Shown: in pieces, positions 21,949 to 41,800 of the stretch | Numbering within the stretch: position 1 is the stretch's first letter | Layout of the letters: the number at the start of each line of letters is the position of its first letter | NCBI RefSeq assembly: GCF_018977255.1 | Contig: NW_024704746.1 | Span: forward strand, 21,204,001-21,268,000 | Direction: 5' to 3' | Source: Callorhinchus milii | Lineage: Eukaryota | DNA length: 64,000 nucleotides | Program-made: the position numbers and the translations under genes | Notes under the pieces: model-generated | Told to the model about the DNA's origin: nothing | What the model saw: only the letters and a program-made list of their open reading frames with translations | Database searches by the model: none

Positions 21949-23479
21949 CGGGTCAAGAGCTCAGTTTACGTCCTCACTAACCGGACAGTCAGTCACTCGG
22001 TGGCCAAACAGCTCCAGCGAGCACTGCAGCCAGTGATTAACTGTGGCGATAGCGAGCACTGGGATTTCCGCAGCGTCAGCGAGCTCCAAAACCTGGCATG
22101 GATTCATCATGAAGCTCATTGATTAACTTGTCCAGGAAGTTTTGCCCACTTTTGTTTTGGTAACCACAATTTGAAATGTAGTTTTTTAAAAAAAATCTAC
22201 TTTAGTTACACACCCCTCGCCCGCCCCAACCCCAGCTCTAGCCCCAAACTGGGTACATGGGGTACAGTTATTGCCCAATTAATGTACTTGTTCTTAAATG
22301 AACTCAAACCAGACTGAGTTTCGCCTCTGTATGCCACCTTACACGCAGAAATTTACCCCGTCTTGAATGATATGCCCATTCTCTGCATACTGCTTGCTTA
22401 ATTCTGGAAAGTATTCGCAAAGTTTGGGGGGGAAAAAAAAGGCAAGGCTTGAGGACCGCAAGAGGGTGTCTTGTGATAATGTTGATCCGGAACAGATCAC
22501 GTGATGATTGATGTGCCAAGTCAAATTTCTGCGGCGGCAGATTATCTGTCTGAATCGAATTCTCTTGGCTACTTTTCACTCATGCATTTATTGCATCACT
22601 TAGTTAAGTCAGAGCTAGCTGGTAATGCAATAACATACAATCAGTGTTTGTAAAGACAGGCTTGGTAGTTTATACAGTCTAACAAGGGAAATCAGATGCC
22701 TGTAATAAAGACAGATAGTTCTCAAGATCGAGAGATTTCCTTTCTTCACAGATGCTGCCTGACCTGCTGAGTTTTCCCAGCTCTCTCTGTTTTTGTTTCA
22801 GACTCCAGCATCTGCAGTATTCTGTGTTTTGTTTAAGCTTTCTTTATATCTGGATAGCAGTGTTTGCTAAATTATTAGATTTATGTGGAGTATAAACCTG
22901 ACAAGGTCTGTGCTGTACATTCTTTGTGAACTCTTATAATTCCCTTTTTAGTGGTTGTAGAGAGCAGGAAATAGAGATAAGTAATATATTTTATATATAT
23001 TTGATTATGTGGAAATGTTAATCACACCTGTTGATCCTGGAATCCACATTTCAGGATATCATGCTCTCCAATTTGCTTGAAGTGCAGGATAAGCTCCTAA
23101 AGCAGCTCAGATGTGAATCTTTAACAGTCCAGTGCCTGGGGACATCCTTCTGACGTGAAAGTGTTAAAATTTACACTTTTTGTATAATGTTAGAATCATA
23201 ATAGATGTTGCGAACGGGTTAACTTTTAAGTTAAGTGTGGGGGGGGGGCAACTGGACTGAAACTCATGAGTTTACACCCAAGATCAAGTGAGTGTCTCAA
23301 GGACAAGATGTGTACTACTGCCCTGCACGTACACAAGATAACGGACTGTCTCAAGGACAATGTGTTTGTGTGTGAGGCACGTATACCCCATGAGGTGTTC
23401 ACGTGAACCCAACATGATTTCGGCCAGGTGACCTAATGTCCACACCATGATTGGATGAACATCCGTTAGCTTTGTGAAC

Positions 23480-23830
23480 GGGGCCGTTCCGGGTCGCGGA
23501 GACAAGGGTACGGGAGATGGGGCCGTCCCGGGTCGTGGAGACAAGGGTATGGGAGATGGGGCCGTCCCGGGTCGTGGAGACAAGGGTACGGGAGATGGGG
23601 CCGTCCCGGGTCGTGGAGACAAGGGTATGGGAGATGAGGCCGTCCCGGGTCGTGGAGACAAGGGTACGGGAGATGGGGCCGTCCCGGGTCGCGGAGACAA
23701 GGGTACGGGAGATGGGGCCGTCCCGGGTCACGGAGACAAGGGTACGGGAGATGGGGCCATCCCGGGTCACGGAGACAAGGGTACGGGAGATGGGGCCATC
23801 CCGGGCTGCGGAGACAAGGTCGGGAGATGG
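23480..23830. repeat. 39-bp GC-rich minisatellite, about 9 copies
   Basis: Unit GGGGCCGTCCCGGGTCGTGGAGACAAGGGTACGGGAGAT with few substitutions; it explains the 13-aa periodic ORFs in several frames. Confidence 0.95.
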
Positions 23831-24226
23831 AAGACTGAGAGCTAGAAACACTAAGACTGAGGATATCAGATGGAAGATTGAAAGCTGTCAGCAAGAAGAC
23901 TAAAAGCATAAAGAATCAAGCTTGTGTGCTGTAAAGACACAGTGTTGAACTCGAGATATCTACGGTGGTATTATTCTGTTATAAGATCTGTTGATTGTAC
24001 CGGCCTTTGGTCTGACCCATCGGGATATTGGGGAATAACGAATAATAATAAAGGAAAGGTCTAATATCCGGTTGCAAACGGAGATGATGGCTGATTTTAT
24101 TTTCTAACAAAAGGCACTAAATAAATCTAATTGTTTTGTTGTTGACTCGGAGGAGAGCCAGATAGACACCTTTTGTTATTTATTATTGTTTAACAATTTA
24201 AAATAAACAGTGAAAACATAAATATT

Positions 24227-29663
<5,437 letters not shown>

Positions 29664-30959
29664 TTTGTTCTGTGCGCCTGCGCGCGCGCGCGCCCGCGCT
29701 GGTGGGGGAGGGGGGCGGGAGGGCTCAGATTCCCTTCCGGCTCGGAACCAACATCACCTGCGCAAAGGTTCCGCCTCTCCGCGCGGTTCCCTCATTGAAG
29801 GCACAGTCACGTGGCCTCGGTCTCATCGCCACTTTTGCTTTGCTTTTTTTTATTTTTTTTACAAATTTTTTTTTTAAAACTATCAAAAAAAATGCAGCTT
29901 TTACGTCAAACAAATAGAACTTTTTTTTAATATTTAAGAAGTGTAACTTCACTCGGGGTGGGTTCTCAATCAACTTTTTCAAGGGGGTCCTCTCGGCTGA
30001 TTTCGCTCGGTTCCTGGTGACCCTGTTCTACGACAACAACTTGCACTTGCACGGCGCCCTCCACCCAGGGCAACGTCTCAAAGCGCTTAAACAGTGGCGG
30101 AGCCTGACGCGGAGGTGGTCACGAGTGACTGAATACACGGCCTCCAATGGCGGGGCGATTTATTCAAACAGCAAGGGTGGTCCTATTTGGGCAACCGTGT
30201 ACTCTTAAAACGTGTCGTTTTATTGGTTGAATATACTACTCTACATGTTGGGGTCACAAATACTGTTGTCGACAACGTTTCTGAGTATAAGAGGTGTTGC
30301 TTCTCCCTTTTTTACTTTCACATTTCAAAAGTGGCAAACAGAAACTCTCTGCTGTTAGTTCAGAAACGGTGGCAAATTTTCATGCAGTAACCAATGTATA
30401 TTTTAAATGATCCCTTGCTTGGAAAGGGTTTTGCCAGATTGTTATAACAGATAGTTTTATTGGGCTATAAAATCAGCTTAAATACATATAGTGGAAGAAG
30501 AGCACATCCATTTGGAGAAGATGAAGTGAGGAAACTGTCAGCTAAAATTGGAAATTGCTTGCCTGCTTCAATTCACCAGTTTAAACCATATTATTCCTTG
30601 CATTTGATACAGCGCCTTATCACGTCTTCGAAACATCTCACTGACTATACTATAAAGTGCATTGACTGTATTTTGTGGGCGAAACACGGCAGCCAATAAC
30701 ACAGTAACAAAATGAATAGAGGCCATAAGATTTTTCAAGTTGAGTTCCAATAAATTTATTTACGTCAACTGGAACCTAAGATTACGACTTCAAATTCAAT
30801 CACAAACAAAACAAAGAATTGATTAACATCAATGCATAATCCTCAAATTGCTCAGTCCATTTACATGACGGATTCATAGGTCTCAAAGAGCAGCAACGAA
30901 TGTGGAGTCCCAATAACAAATTTTCATCTGGTACTGTAAAGCACCTCAGATACCAGAAT

Positions 30960-33900
30960 TTATTTCAACTTGTTGAATAGTTTATGAGCCACCTGGAACA
31001 GAAGAATACATGTTTTATACCACCCCAGTTTCACAGAAAATCACTGGAAGAGAATATTTTGAGCATCTACTGGGAACAATTATTCAAATTACTTAGCTCA
31101 CACATACACAGTGGTCCCGGGAGTGCAGGAAGTCAAACAGCTCCTCAGTACACGTCTCTTGTGTGTTGGAGCGTGAAGTAACACGCTCCTCGCAAGTCTC
31201 CAATCGTGCTCGATATGCCATGCACTTCTCAATCTGCTGACATTGCTCCCTGATCACAGTTATGGGATCCTGCACAACAGCACAAACACATTTCAAAAAA
31301 GCATCAGAATAATCAAAAGAACTATATATTTTGAATGTACAGTATTTTCTTAATCTACATGGTTTAATTAAATATTACAAGAAATTTAGGAGCTTTTTGT
31401 ACAAGTAAGAAACGAAAACGAGAAGTGTTTAATGTTGCGTGGGATTTAAAGGTGGATATGGTTCTTCTCAGTTAGTTCTCAATTAACATTTTTGTATTAC
31501 AAAATGTGAGCTAAATTCTTATGCAAAAAAACCTTAGTTTCCTTACTCCACCTGCCTGATAATATTCCCTCAACAAATAAAATAAAAATAATAATAATTT
31601 TGTCATCAATCCATGACTGGTTGTGGGACACTGCTGTGCGCAATTGGCTGCCGCGTTTCACCCACAAATATATAGTCAATTCACTTTAGAGTATATTCTG
31701 TGAAGCGTTTTGAGATGTCTGGAAGACATGAAAAATGCTATATCAAATGCAAGGATTATTATTATTGGAAGGAAATAACTTTTGTAAATTGTACTATACT
31801 ACAACACCGCAACTAAAAGGCTTAGATTCATATCAAAGTTGCTCCGTATCAGAATTCTTCTCAACATTTTCTTTGCAGAGACCAGAAAACAGAAGAATTA
31901 AAATGGAAAGGAATGAAATATTTTATATAGTAATCAATTAGCAAACGACCGATAAGTATCACAGTACCTGTCCAGGTAGGACCACCCATTCTCTTTTGAG
32001 TTAAGGACATGTCTGTGCCAAGAGCAAGTCTCATTGATGAGCCAGACAGGCTAGTCATTCATCAACAATGTTTTGGATTACTGTTGACGTGCTTCACGCA
32101 TCTCCTCCGAGCCACTTTAACCTCACTACCTTTCTCCTCTCCCGTTGGAAGATATTTTCCAATCACTGCCCTAATTGTGTCGGCCTCTAAAAATGAATGG
32201 TTGTTTCATTGTTTCAACCCACTGGGATGGACAGCAAATAGAATTTTATTTTGGTAATTAGCTTACTGTTTAAGTCAAGAAATAAAATTAAAGTGAAATG
32301 AAGAATATTGACATAGTGCACATTTGTAGTTCTTTCTCAACAATATTCCAAGGTCATACCATCAGATATCATATCAGAGGGGAATAGAAGGATATGGGAG
32401 GGAGCAAGGAATGAGTGGAGACTCATGTGGAGTGTAAACACCAGCAAGGAATGCTTGGATCGAGTAAAAATGGCCTATTTCCATCTGTACATTCTTTCTA
32501 AATATACTATGTTGCTCAATAGAACCATTAATCCAAAGTTTTGAACCACAGATTAGAAACATACACAATTCTTCTTAATATCAATGCAAGATTACCATTC
32601 TTAATTAACACATCAAAAATTCAGAGATTCAGAACCTTACTATGATCTTCTGTGCAACTTACCACAATGTCTTCTTCCTCTTCTTCAGCCTGAAGAGAAA
32701 CAATTTGAATGATTAGTAAGAAGCACTTGTATTTTTTAATAACTTCTATAATGTCAAAACCTCTCAAAGTATCTTATAATAATTATTTAATGTAGAAGCA
32801 GCTAATTTACACACACCAATGTCTCACAAACAGCTGTAAAGTGAATGAGCAGAGTCATCTGAAGGATATCGGAATAAACTTCTCTTTAAACCTATTTGCT
32901 CACGAGAAACACCCAACCTATTAGAGTTTTAGCTTGCAGGGTCCAGAACAATCTGTATTTTTATATTAAATTTACACGGATTTGTCTTGCTTTCACCTTA
33001 GCATTCCTTCACAGCTACTTTCCTTTCAGAAGTTCCCTCTTTTTAGGCTCATGAAAAGCCTATGTGCATTTAAAACTGGAGGAATTTCTGCCCAATAGAG
33101 AAAGGAAATTTATCTCATGAATCTGCTTTGAATAGGAATCCAACTTGACTCTACAGGTCAGACCAGGGTGTGCAAGATGAATTCAAATTCCGGGAGACAT
33201 CCCTGGGTTACTGCATATTGTCAAATAATGAGTTTAAAAACTACAGTATGTATAACAAGATTACATTTATATAGCGCCTTTCACGTCGGGAGGGCATCCC
33301 AAGGCGCTGGACAGTGTACAGCATTTCAGACTGAGCTGGGGTCAGGGGGAGAAGGGAGGGGAGGGGACTGGCCAATGGCATGGTCGAAGAGGAGGGTTTT
33401 GAGGCAGGACTTGAAGGGGGCTAAGGAGGGAGCGAGGCGGAGTGACTGGGGGATGGAATTCCAGAGGTTGGGGGCAGAGTGGCTGAAGGCTCTCCCGCCA
33501 ATGGTGGGGAGGGTGGGTCGGGGGACGTGGAGCAGCCAGAGCCGGCTGAGCGGAGGGAGCGGGCGGGTTGGTAGGGAGTTAGGAGATCGCAGAGGTAGGG
33601 TGGGGCGAGGCCATTGAGAGCTTTGTAGGTGAGGACCAGGATCCTGAACTGGATCCTCTGAAGGATAGAGAGCCAATGGAGTCGGGCGAGAGTGGGGGAG
33701 ATGGGGTCAGGAGTTTGGTGCGGGAGAGGACACGGGCTGCAGAGTTCCTGTGGAGGGAGGAGTTGGGAAGGCCGACAAGCAGCGCATTTGCATAGTCGAC
33801 CCTGGAGGTGATGAACAACAACAACAAGATTGCATTTATAGAGCGCCTTTCACGTCGGGAGGACGTTCATGAACGCACGGACAAGAGTTTCAGTGGCCCG

Positions 33901-34574
33901 AGGGGTGAGGTAGTGGCGGAGTCGGGCGATGTTGCGGAGAATATATGTCTATATTTCTGCTCTTTCTCTGCAAACCCTCAACTGTTCGACCGAAAGCACC
34001 CAAGGTCAGAGCGATGGCAGAGGTGTAAACACGGAATAATAATGAAGACAGGAATGAGTGAAACACACACACACAGTCCGTGTCCTTTGTGCGACCTCCT
34101 GGTGCGGGAGGACACGAGGAAAGGACGGCGCTAAGTATTGGCGTCTCTCCCCGAACCTGACAGGCGGAGCAGGGTCTGGGGGTGACAGGGCCTCGAGCCT
34201 GGGGCTCGCTTCAGTCCGGTCGCCGGGATACCCTGCGGCCAAGGCGGCGGCTGGGAGCCACCGCAGTCCGGGGTTGCCCTTCGGTCTGACAAGACCCGGC
34301 AGGGCTGTCAGCGCCAGTACCCGCTGCTCGCTTCCCCGACCCCCCGAGAGGGGCCGGAGCCGGAGCCGGAGCCGGGCCTCCTCAGGGCGGCCGGAGGCTT
34401 AACCTTGAGACCTTCCCCATCCCCGGGGCTCGCCCCACACGGGCCTCGGTCGGCGGGCGAGTCTGACCCCCACCAGAGCCCCCTCAGCCTCTCCTGCTCC
34501 CCTACCCCCCGGGGCTCAGGCCTCACCTCCTCGGGCTCCCCGTTTGTCAGCATCTTCTCGTCCCGCAGACCCAT
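30960..34574 (-). CDS. UQCRH: Cytochrome b-c1 complex subunit 6 (hinge protein), 4 exons, 89 aa
   Basis: Exons 34527-34574, 32663-32689, 31108-31269, 30960-30992, total 270 nt. Translation [35 protein letters not shown]...[31 protein letters not shown] on the minus strand at 30755-30760. Confidence 0.97.
31530..31766 (+). mobile_element. SINE 3' portion in UQCRH intron 2
   Basis: Family body and tail. Confidence 0.82.
33254..33815 (-). mobile_element. L2 LINE 3' fragment in UQCRH intron 1
   Basis: [32 protein letters not shown]. Confidence 0.87.
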
Positions 34575-35100
34575 AGCGACGACGACGACGACGATGGAGG
34601 CGGCGCTGTCGCTCCTCCTCCTCCTCGCGCCTGGACTACCCGGAAGTGACGTCGGCCCAAAGGTGACGTGCCTCGGCGGTGACGCGTCACGAGCCGCTGG
34701 TGGTCACTGTGGTCAATCAACAAAGCCTCAGACCAGACCCACTGGGGGGGGGAAGGGGGGGGCGAGGGCAGGGAGTCATCCCCCTCAGCTCCTGTCACCA
34801 ACCCTCCCTCCACGCCCGAAGCCTTACCCCGGGAGAGAACGGCCGACAGCCATGTCAACGGCGGCCCCATTGGGGTTTTTAGCCGGTTCAGGAACGCCAG
34901 CGGTCACCCCCAACCCACGCGGGCGGCCGGTCAACTGCTGCCCAGAAAGCGCAATGAATCGCTGTCCCAGCCTGAGGGTCGCGAGGTCAACGATAGCCCT
35001 GGCCTTGCCTTGTCGCGCCTTATTCGCTCTCAGCTCGGCTTTGGGTGCTCTTCAAGCGCGGCACGGACGGGTTTCCGCGCGTATCGGACACCCGACTGGA
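34100..35100 (-). promoter_or_regulatory. UQCRH CpG-island promoter
   Basis: CpG-rich. ETS-CRE composite CCGGAAGTGACGTC at 34640-34653 and further TGACG half-sites at about 34664-34690. Confidence 0.7.
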
Positions 35101-35139
35101 CCGCCAGAAGGATGTCTCCCGAAGGGCTTCACAGGGGTC

Positions 35140-35325
35140 ACTGCGAAATGGGAGTGTTATTTGCAGGCAAGCGCGGCAGCACAATCGCGCACGGCAGTGT
35201 CCCACGCAAACGGCCACGCCGTGACCAGTTTTATTTGGGGGATGGTTGGCGAGGACACCGGGAGAAACTCGCTTCTCTTTTCAAAGAGCGCCATGGAATC
35301 GTTATCAGCACCTCATCAGGACCAG
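35140..35325 (-). mobile_element. Degenerate DeuSINE (SacSINE1/AmnSINE1-like) remnant
   Basis: GGACACCGGGAGAAACTCGCTTCTCTTTTCAAAGAGCGCCATGGAATC resembles the Deu domain as I recall it; similar to 63570-63965. Confidence 0.55.
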
Positions 35326-35849
35326 AAGATAAATGGGTTAAGGTTTCGGATGACACTACTTCAACTGAACTTTGGTCAATTGGATTCTGGTGGAGTAAAC
35401 CTATAGAAAGGGGAAAAAGTGAGCACTACAGAAGACTATTCACAAATTAGATCTGGTCTCAAGCAAGGAAAGCCAGGTTCACTGTTCATTCATGGAAGCA
35501 AGCTTCTCTTAAGTAGTAGAATGGCATACTATCCCAACAGTAACAATAACATCACTAAAGTGTGATTTATTCATCTTAAAAAGCTACTATTTTTTTATTT
35601 CAAAAATCAATCTCCCAAAAATGCAATAGATTATTCTCCAGTTCAAAGCCTTTGCTGATCATCAGTGGTGTGGTTAGTCTATTAAATGCTGCAATACTTA
35701 TATTTAAAGTTGAAGAACTGTGTATACATTCCTTTGTATCAATATGAAAGTACAAAGACAGACACAACAGAATTTTAAAAAAGTACACATTTATAAATCA
35801 GCCAGATATACACATAAATTTAAGTCAACTTGTTTAAAAAAGTCACCCA

Positions 35850-38800
35850 TCAGAGTTTTCTTTCATATACGTGAATGTTACGTCCAGTTCGCCCTCCAGG
35901 TACATGAGTATGAAAGAAGACTGCACTTTTCACATAGCTTCTGCTTATCAGGAATGGTTCTATTTTCTTTAGAGAGAAAAAAAAACCTCAGGTTAGAGAA
36001 TGTGCTCCAAATTTCAGCACATTTAATCATTTGATTCATTAAGTTAACACTCAGGCTCAATTAACTTTCTCATCACTGTACATGTGCAACATACCATGAT
36101 TCCTCAAAAAGTATTAAGACATTAACCAACATAAGGTAAAAAAAACAAAATAAATGGATTAAACATTGACATACCTGTTCCAATACATCATAAAATACTA
36201 AATGAGTGGGTAGGGAGCTGGAACCAGGAAACCTTCCATTCAACCATTTTAGTGGCTCTCTGAAGAATAAATCTGCCTCATCAACGTAGCTGCCATTTCC
36301 AGTCAAGTCTGGGGGACATTCCAGAAAGTGCATTTTGATTGGACAATGAACATGGCTATGAGAAGGGGGAAAAATAATTTACAATCATATTACAGAGATA
36401 TGATCTATTGAATTAGGTGTTAGACAAACTTTGTTACTGAACACTCATTGGGATTAATAGCTCATGTTTAAGTGATGTATCTCTTCCTCCTTACATACGC
36501 ATCTACACAAAAGAATCTCTGAAAGAACGGACTCACAAATTTAAAAAAAACAAAAGCTCAAACTTCAAGTGTCAGATCAGCTTTGTTACGAGGTTTGTGC
36601 TCAGCTATATCAGACTTGGGATTTACCGGAGAAATCATTATTCTGATTTGAACTAATAAGAAAATGATATACAAGTCCAAAGTTGCAATTCTTCCTATAA
36701 TTGAACAATTTTATTTTTGGGGGCCGTGTTATATAACTTGCCTGTAAAATGGCGTTGAATGGCAAGGCATCAGGAAGAACACAGATGGTTCAATTTCCTT
36801 GGGCAAGTCCTCACAAAGCTGTCGAATATGCTGCATGACATCCAGGCTTCCACGTTGGTGTACTAAACTAGTGTACAGTCCTAGGCTAATGTTGGAGAAA
36901 AACAGGAAAGAGACTGCTGCTTTCTTCCATGCTTTCAAGCTCGCCAAAGAAAACCCTAAATAAAAAAAGGGATAAAAAGCATTTATTTTGTTACATGTCA
37001 TAGATGTCTCCTAGAGTTCATTTTTCTTTTATGATTAAAAACAGCTTCACATCACAGGACAATCGCAAAGATAAATAAATTTGGTAATAACATTAGAATA
37101 TCTGATGCTTACCACAGAAAACCATGCAGAGTGGCATTACTGGATAAATAAATCTGAATTCCTTGTGGCTTAAGAAACTGTAATAAAAGAAACAAAATAT
37201 TTTTACAAATGGGTATTCTGGAGTTTACACCTGAAAAGCAATTATGCATAAATATTCCAAACTGTCTTGTAGCACTATACATGGCAGCTAATGGATGGAT
37301 GGTGGGGGCAGAAAGAAAATAAAGAATTTTAATAAATTATAAAATGTAATGAATTAATACAAGACTGAATCTAATCTCAGAAGTTTAGATGTATCTTGCA
37401 AATGGACAACAATGAAGAAGCCTTAAGCCCATGACTAAGATTCTTGCCTTGTGGTTACTATCACATATTTATTACCCTCCATAGAGAACCCCAAACTGAA
37501 TGGTACACACCTATACACCACAAGTGTCCATATCACAACTATTAATAAAACCCGGTACTTTCTTGGAGCCAACAGACATCCATGGATGAAAAAGGGCAAA
37601 TGTGCTCCCATGATGACAGGAAAGCCTTGGCCGAAGTACCAATGCCATGGATGCGAGCCATAAAATGACCCCATATTCTGGATCACGTTAAATCTGAGGA
37701 AGTTCCATTGAACCACAACCCACTGAATGCAAGAAAGCAATGAAAGATAGGAACAAAATATGAATATTAGTAACTCAGCACTGGGAGGTAGAGAATCAAT
37801 GTCACACAACACTTCTTAGGTAGACAAAGTATAAATTTGAGCCTGGGCAAACAATTACAGTTTGATCAATGAGAGTAAATGAGTTAATATCTATATCCAC
37901 TTAGTCTACATTATTATCCAGCATTCTTATTAACTTTATATTGCTTATGACGCTGTGACATATAGGTGCATCCAGGGAAGGTAAATACTTTCTGGTGCGA
38001 TTGGCAATATATCCCAAGATTATTATTAATTACTACAATATTGTATGTAATTTTCATTAAGTGAATGAAAAAGGGAACAAAGACTGATTGTGGAAAAATA
38101 AGGTATGTGCATCACTGTACCTCGCCATAAAATATTCGGTCAATGATCAGAGAAATCACAAGTGTCAAGCATCTGGAAAACAAACAAGTACGTATATACA
38201 GGATTTAGTGGGACAAATATAAATATTCCATGAAAAAAATAAGCAACAATTTGTGCTAAATAGTACTTTAAAGTAGATGATGAGGTAACTCATAGTCTAA
38301 GCTCATATTCCAGTGCATTGCTGGGGATATACTGCATTGTGGGAGGTGATGTCCTCCTGAATTCAGAAAGAATAATAGTACTACATCATCAATAACAGAC
38401 TGTGCTAACAGAAGTGTTGGATTTACTAGTGCTGGTATGGTTGTGGACATCAGTGCTTGTGAATCAGCAGTAGAACTACTAATTTTACTAATTAACTACT
38501 AATTTCCATCTGAATAAGGAACAACAATGGTAAAAGTAGCTCCTAAAGTAGGTACTAGTTCATGTCTCAACCTGCAGGTGCCTAGAATAGCACCTACCCA
38601 AGCTTACCCGACTGGTAGGCACTTGTATAGAATTAGATCCATTTTTTTCAGTTCCTGCCAGTAGTGATAAAACAGCAAAGGTAGCCAAAGGATGATAGCA
38701 GTCGGACGAATGACCACTGCAAATGCAATCAACGCCAGGTATTTGAAACTACAAGTAGAGAGAGAAAAAAAAAGTTCTATTTAAAGCTACCCATGAATGT

Positions 38801-41800
38801 CATTAAAAACATAGCATGTACTCAAGCGCTTTGAGACATCTCAAAGACGTGATAAGGCACTATATCAAATGCAAGTATTATTATTATTATTACTTGCCCC
38901 ATTTCCTTACTCTGCAAAATTGTCTAGACTTAAGTCCCTTCTGCCGTGCTCACCAGTTACAGGTCTTCATCTTTCATAAAGAGCTGACTTGAAAACTCTG
39001 GCATAAAATAACCAAGTGAATATTTTCACAATTAGGTTCATATTCGCAATAAATCTTACTTCAAAGATTGCAAAATAAACTACAGTAGTTGGAGGACCAG
39101 CACCCTCCAGATTTCCTAACTTCCCAAGACAAATCCACCCAGTCTAACCAAATTCTCAATTCAAATACAATGTGTGTGTTACTTCCAGTTTTCACTCAAT
39201 AACAACAATAAAATTACATTTCTATAGTGCCTTTCACGTCAGGAGGATGTCCCAAGGCGCTGGACAATCAGTGTTGCAGACTCGAGCTGGGGGTCGGGAT
39301 AACCATACACCTAGGGGCACCAATAGCAAGCTAGGAATTGATTTCCTCCCATTTGTACTGTGGAGGATTCAATGAGTCTGTTCTTCATTCAGTACTTCTC
39401 CTCTGAGAGTACAATTTTAAACAGAGAACTTTGTACGAGGAATGAGAAACCCACCACCCCACAAACATACCTCACAAAGCTGCACGGAATGTACAATAGA
39501 TTATAGGAAAGGGTTTAGAACAAAACAAATATTGTGCTGACCTGGTGACTGCCTTTGTACCAGGAAAAGGACAGTAATACAGGATAAAGCTGGTCAAAAC
39601 AGCTTCCATACTGTTCGTAATAGTCCGGGTGCAGCAGTACCATGTGAACCAGGAGCATAGTTGACAGAAATACTGCAACAAGAGAAGAAATGTTTTGTTT
39701 TAAGTAAAAAGTAAAAGTCTGATCAGACTGCTTCACTATTTAACAAACTATACTTCTAAATGCACATAGAGGACAAGTCAACTAGTCAACTCTTAACAGT
39801 AGCTTTGGCAAATATTTTAGTGCAGCTCCCCTACGTTCCTCTCAGCAGGGAAACTGATTTATGACATCTAATAAGGGTTTTGTTGTATATTCTATACAAT
39901 TCTAAAAATGTCCCAGAAGAATTTCTACACAGTACAAATAAGTATTACAGGAAAAAAATGTTGTCAACCAAAGATGAAAAGGATGTTTCTTACCACCCAC
40001 TTTGCAATCTCAGCATTCTCCCGCTTTTTAATGATAGAATACAGTTTCACATCTGCCAGTGCTGCCAGAAACGATTGAACTAGTCGAGGAACCCAGATCT
40101 ACAGGAAAAGACACATTATCAGATTATTCACAAAAAAGTACTTTTGGGTCAGAGGGTAGACAAGAGGTGCATTATTTTTGCTCTGTTTCACAATTATTAC
40201 ATAAAAGGATGAGAAACTTAATTTTCTGAATTAATAGATGCAATTCGAACAATTTCTGAGGAACCTGCAGTTTTCACTTCTCCAGCATTCTGTGATGTGG
40301 AGTCACAGAATATAGTTTTGGACCAATGCTGGGGATACTGACCAGACCAAGGTGCCAAGCAGATGATCTTGAAATCTAAGGGTATGCAAACCATCAGCTG
40401 CCTAAGGCAATGTTTTAGTAGACATTTCAGAAGATCCGCAGAGTTCTGGAAGAATGCCATGGCACACACCCAGGCAGCACAAAATGAACAAGAAAAGACA
40501 ACTCCATTTTCATTCCAACTCTTTCCATGCATTTAGGGGAGTTGGGAGGTAATCCCCATCACATGTTCCTGGGGAAAACGTTCTGTGTAACACTGGACCT
40601 ACAGTAGAAAACATGAGAAATCTACCTGATTCAACAGTGCACCTGAGATTAGGAATGCAGCAGAGCAAGGAAATGAAGCCTGTCATTCCATGGAATTATA
40701 GGCAAAACATAAGCCTATCATAAAATCTTGAATATATACACTCTACTTAAAAGCCAAGAAGCTCTTCCCTTCAACATCAACTGGGTCAATTAGAAAGATT
40801 AAAACTAGTCGTAAAGCTTACAATGAGGAAGCTTTTGTCCACAAGAAAATAATGTTTGTTTTGATGGAACACTACCTTGCAGTATTTTCTAAATCTGATG
40901 TTCTGAGGGAATACACATCATTCAAGACCGCCAATGGCTTTCACACCAAATAGAACTTCTTGTCAGAGAATAAAGATTGGTTAATGTCATTCACACTGTA
41001 CTTACCAGCAGTTGAACAGAGTCCTTCTTGAAAATCTGTAATAATTTATAAAAACTTGCAAAGAACAATGGATAGGTATAGCCTCGCAGCCTCTCCTTCC
41101 ATTCCCAGGTTAAGTAACCATAATTGAAAATGTTAAGGTTACAACACTTTAACAATATTCCTCTCTCTTGAATAGTTCCTGAAAACTACAAAGACAGCTG
41201 GGATGGCAACAGTTAGGCCTCTACCAATGTTGCTTTGCAATACATTCCCAGATGCACAAGAATAGCCTACATTATCATTGGATTACGTACTCAAAGAGAA
41301 TAAGTGTTTATTTCCGATGGATAGATTTAGAATGCAATACCTATTGAGAAGAGAGCACCAAAGGAAAGGGAACAAAAAGAATTCATCAGCCAGTCTGCTA
41401 TATATCCCTGCATAGAAAATTAGTATACCACTCGTCTCAAAGGTCATCATTTAAAAAGGTGGATCATACAAATGTGTATCATTTATATATACATCAAACT
41501 CTAATAGCAATTCAAAAACAGCACAGAAGAGTTTCTTATGGGAACTTTATAAATGAAAATAAAATACCATACAGAAAGAAGCAACTCTTTGCAACAACTA
41601 TTTCGAATATCCTTCCTTAAATTTAGGGTCCGTCCCTCTCGGGTCCCATTCAAATCATACAAAGTTAATCAACACTTCAGTTTACCCACATTTTCTGCTG
41701 AACTGAGATCTGGAACTCACTGCATTGTGAACACACAGATGTGAAGCACCTCCAAAGCAGCACTTTTGGGGGGGGCAGAAAACGACGGTTTTTAAAGGTT

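Noticed and set aside
23284-23909. Five overlapping repetitive ORFs; superficially a CRISPR-like array
   Set aside because: Head-to-tail 39-bp units with no unique spacers; the frames are open only because the unit is a multiple of 3 and lacks stops.
34405-35406. 333-aa plus-strand ORF divergent from UQCRH (the position of LRRC41 in human)
   Set aside because: It runs antisense through UQCRH exon 1, the CpG island and a SINE relic. It is Pro/Ser/Gly/Ala-rich with no domain or LRR pattern, as expected for a stop-poor GC-rich region.
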